A stretch of DNA of 64,000 nucleotides from Thermodesulfobacteriota bacterium (GTDB lineage Bacteria > Desulfobacterota > QYQD01): the NCBI GenBank assembly GCA_040754095.1, contig JBFMFO010000002.1:73853-137852 (forward strand), read 5' to 3'. The translations under genes and the position numbers were made by a program. This document shows, one piece after another, positions 63,759-64,000 of this stretch. Within the stretch, counting starts at the first letter, position 1. Each line of letters begins with the position of its first letter. The notes under the pieces were generated by a model that saw only the letters and a list, made by a program, of their open reading frames with translations, did no database searches and was not told where the DNA came from.

Positions 63759-64000
63759 TACTGCTCCACCTCCTGATACTTCTGGAGGATAATATCGGAG
63801 ACGAGATTAACCAGAAAAGTCATTACAAACAAGACAAAACCGATAACAAAAAGGGCGTGATAGTGGGCCGAGCCAAATGGGACCTCGCCGAGTTCGATGG
63901 CAATAGTGGCCGTCATGGTACGCACAGCGTCCAGAAACGAGTGAGGCATGGCCTGAGCGTTGCCCGTGGCCATAAGAACGGTCATGGTCTCCCCGATCGC
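63758..64000 (-). CDS. pstC: phosphate ABC transporter permease PstC (3' portion; truncated by the window end)
   Basis: Hydrophobic permease C-terminus upstream of pstA; the ORF runs off the window. Confidence 0.7.
   Translation of the reverse strand, partial: AIGETMTVLMATGNAQAMPHSFLDAVRTMTATIAIELGEVPFGSAHYHALFVIGFVLFVMTFLVNLVSDIILQKYQEVEQ

Overview
Mostly housekeeping window, GC about 50%, probably from a Gram-negative (Desulfobacterota/deltaproteobacteria-like) chromosome. No rRNA, tRNA, CRISPR array or transposase gene was found. Content in order: (1) rib operon tail ribE-ribBA-ribH-nusB, then leuS-lptE, rpsT and mutM. (2) A PflX-like radical SAM gene and a metallophosphoesterase. (3) A chemosensory-like cluster cheA-cheY-cheR-cheD-HDOD-cheY-cheX-cheB with no cheW or MCP gene, followed by a sigma-54 activator that lacks a sensory domain, a consensus sigma-54 promoter, and a PilZ-PAS-degenerate histidine kinase gene. 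(4) rtcA, a large TPR lipoprotein, and rlmB-gmk-remA-yicC. (5) An LPS core/O-antigen-type glycan cluster of about 12 kb (hldA, wecB, GT1/GT2/GT4/GT9 glycosyltransferases, a putative GT-D protein, two methyltransferases, an O-antigen ligase) whose middle section is visibly AT-rich. (6) hisC-cmk-rpsA-sppA-ihfB, tsaC, ppx, guaB-guaA, dnaE-scpB-rluB, an HU-like gene, an M50 protease, a vWA plus 3x OmpA-like secreted protein, nadC, an MBL hydrolase, rnhA, and phoU-pstB-pstA-pstC (pstC partial at the window edge). The intergenic DNA holds at least five families of short hairpin or TIR-bearing repeats (MITE/REP-like); several overlap stop codons and encode the last residues of proteins. The best candidate for an undescribed system is the CheW-less Che module, because its CheA carries an MshEN-like (possibly c-di-GMP-binding) tandem motif and it sits beside the HDOD gene and the sigma-54-driven PilZ-PAS pseudo-kinase gene.
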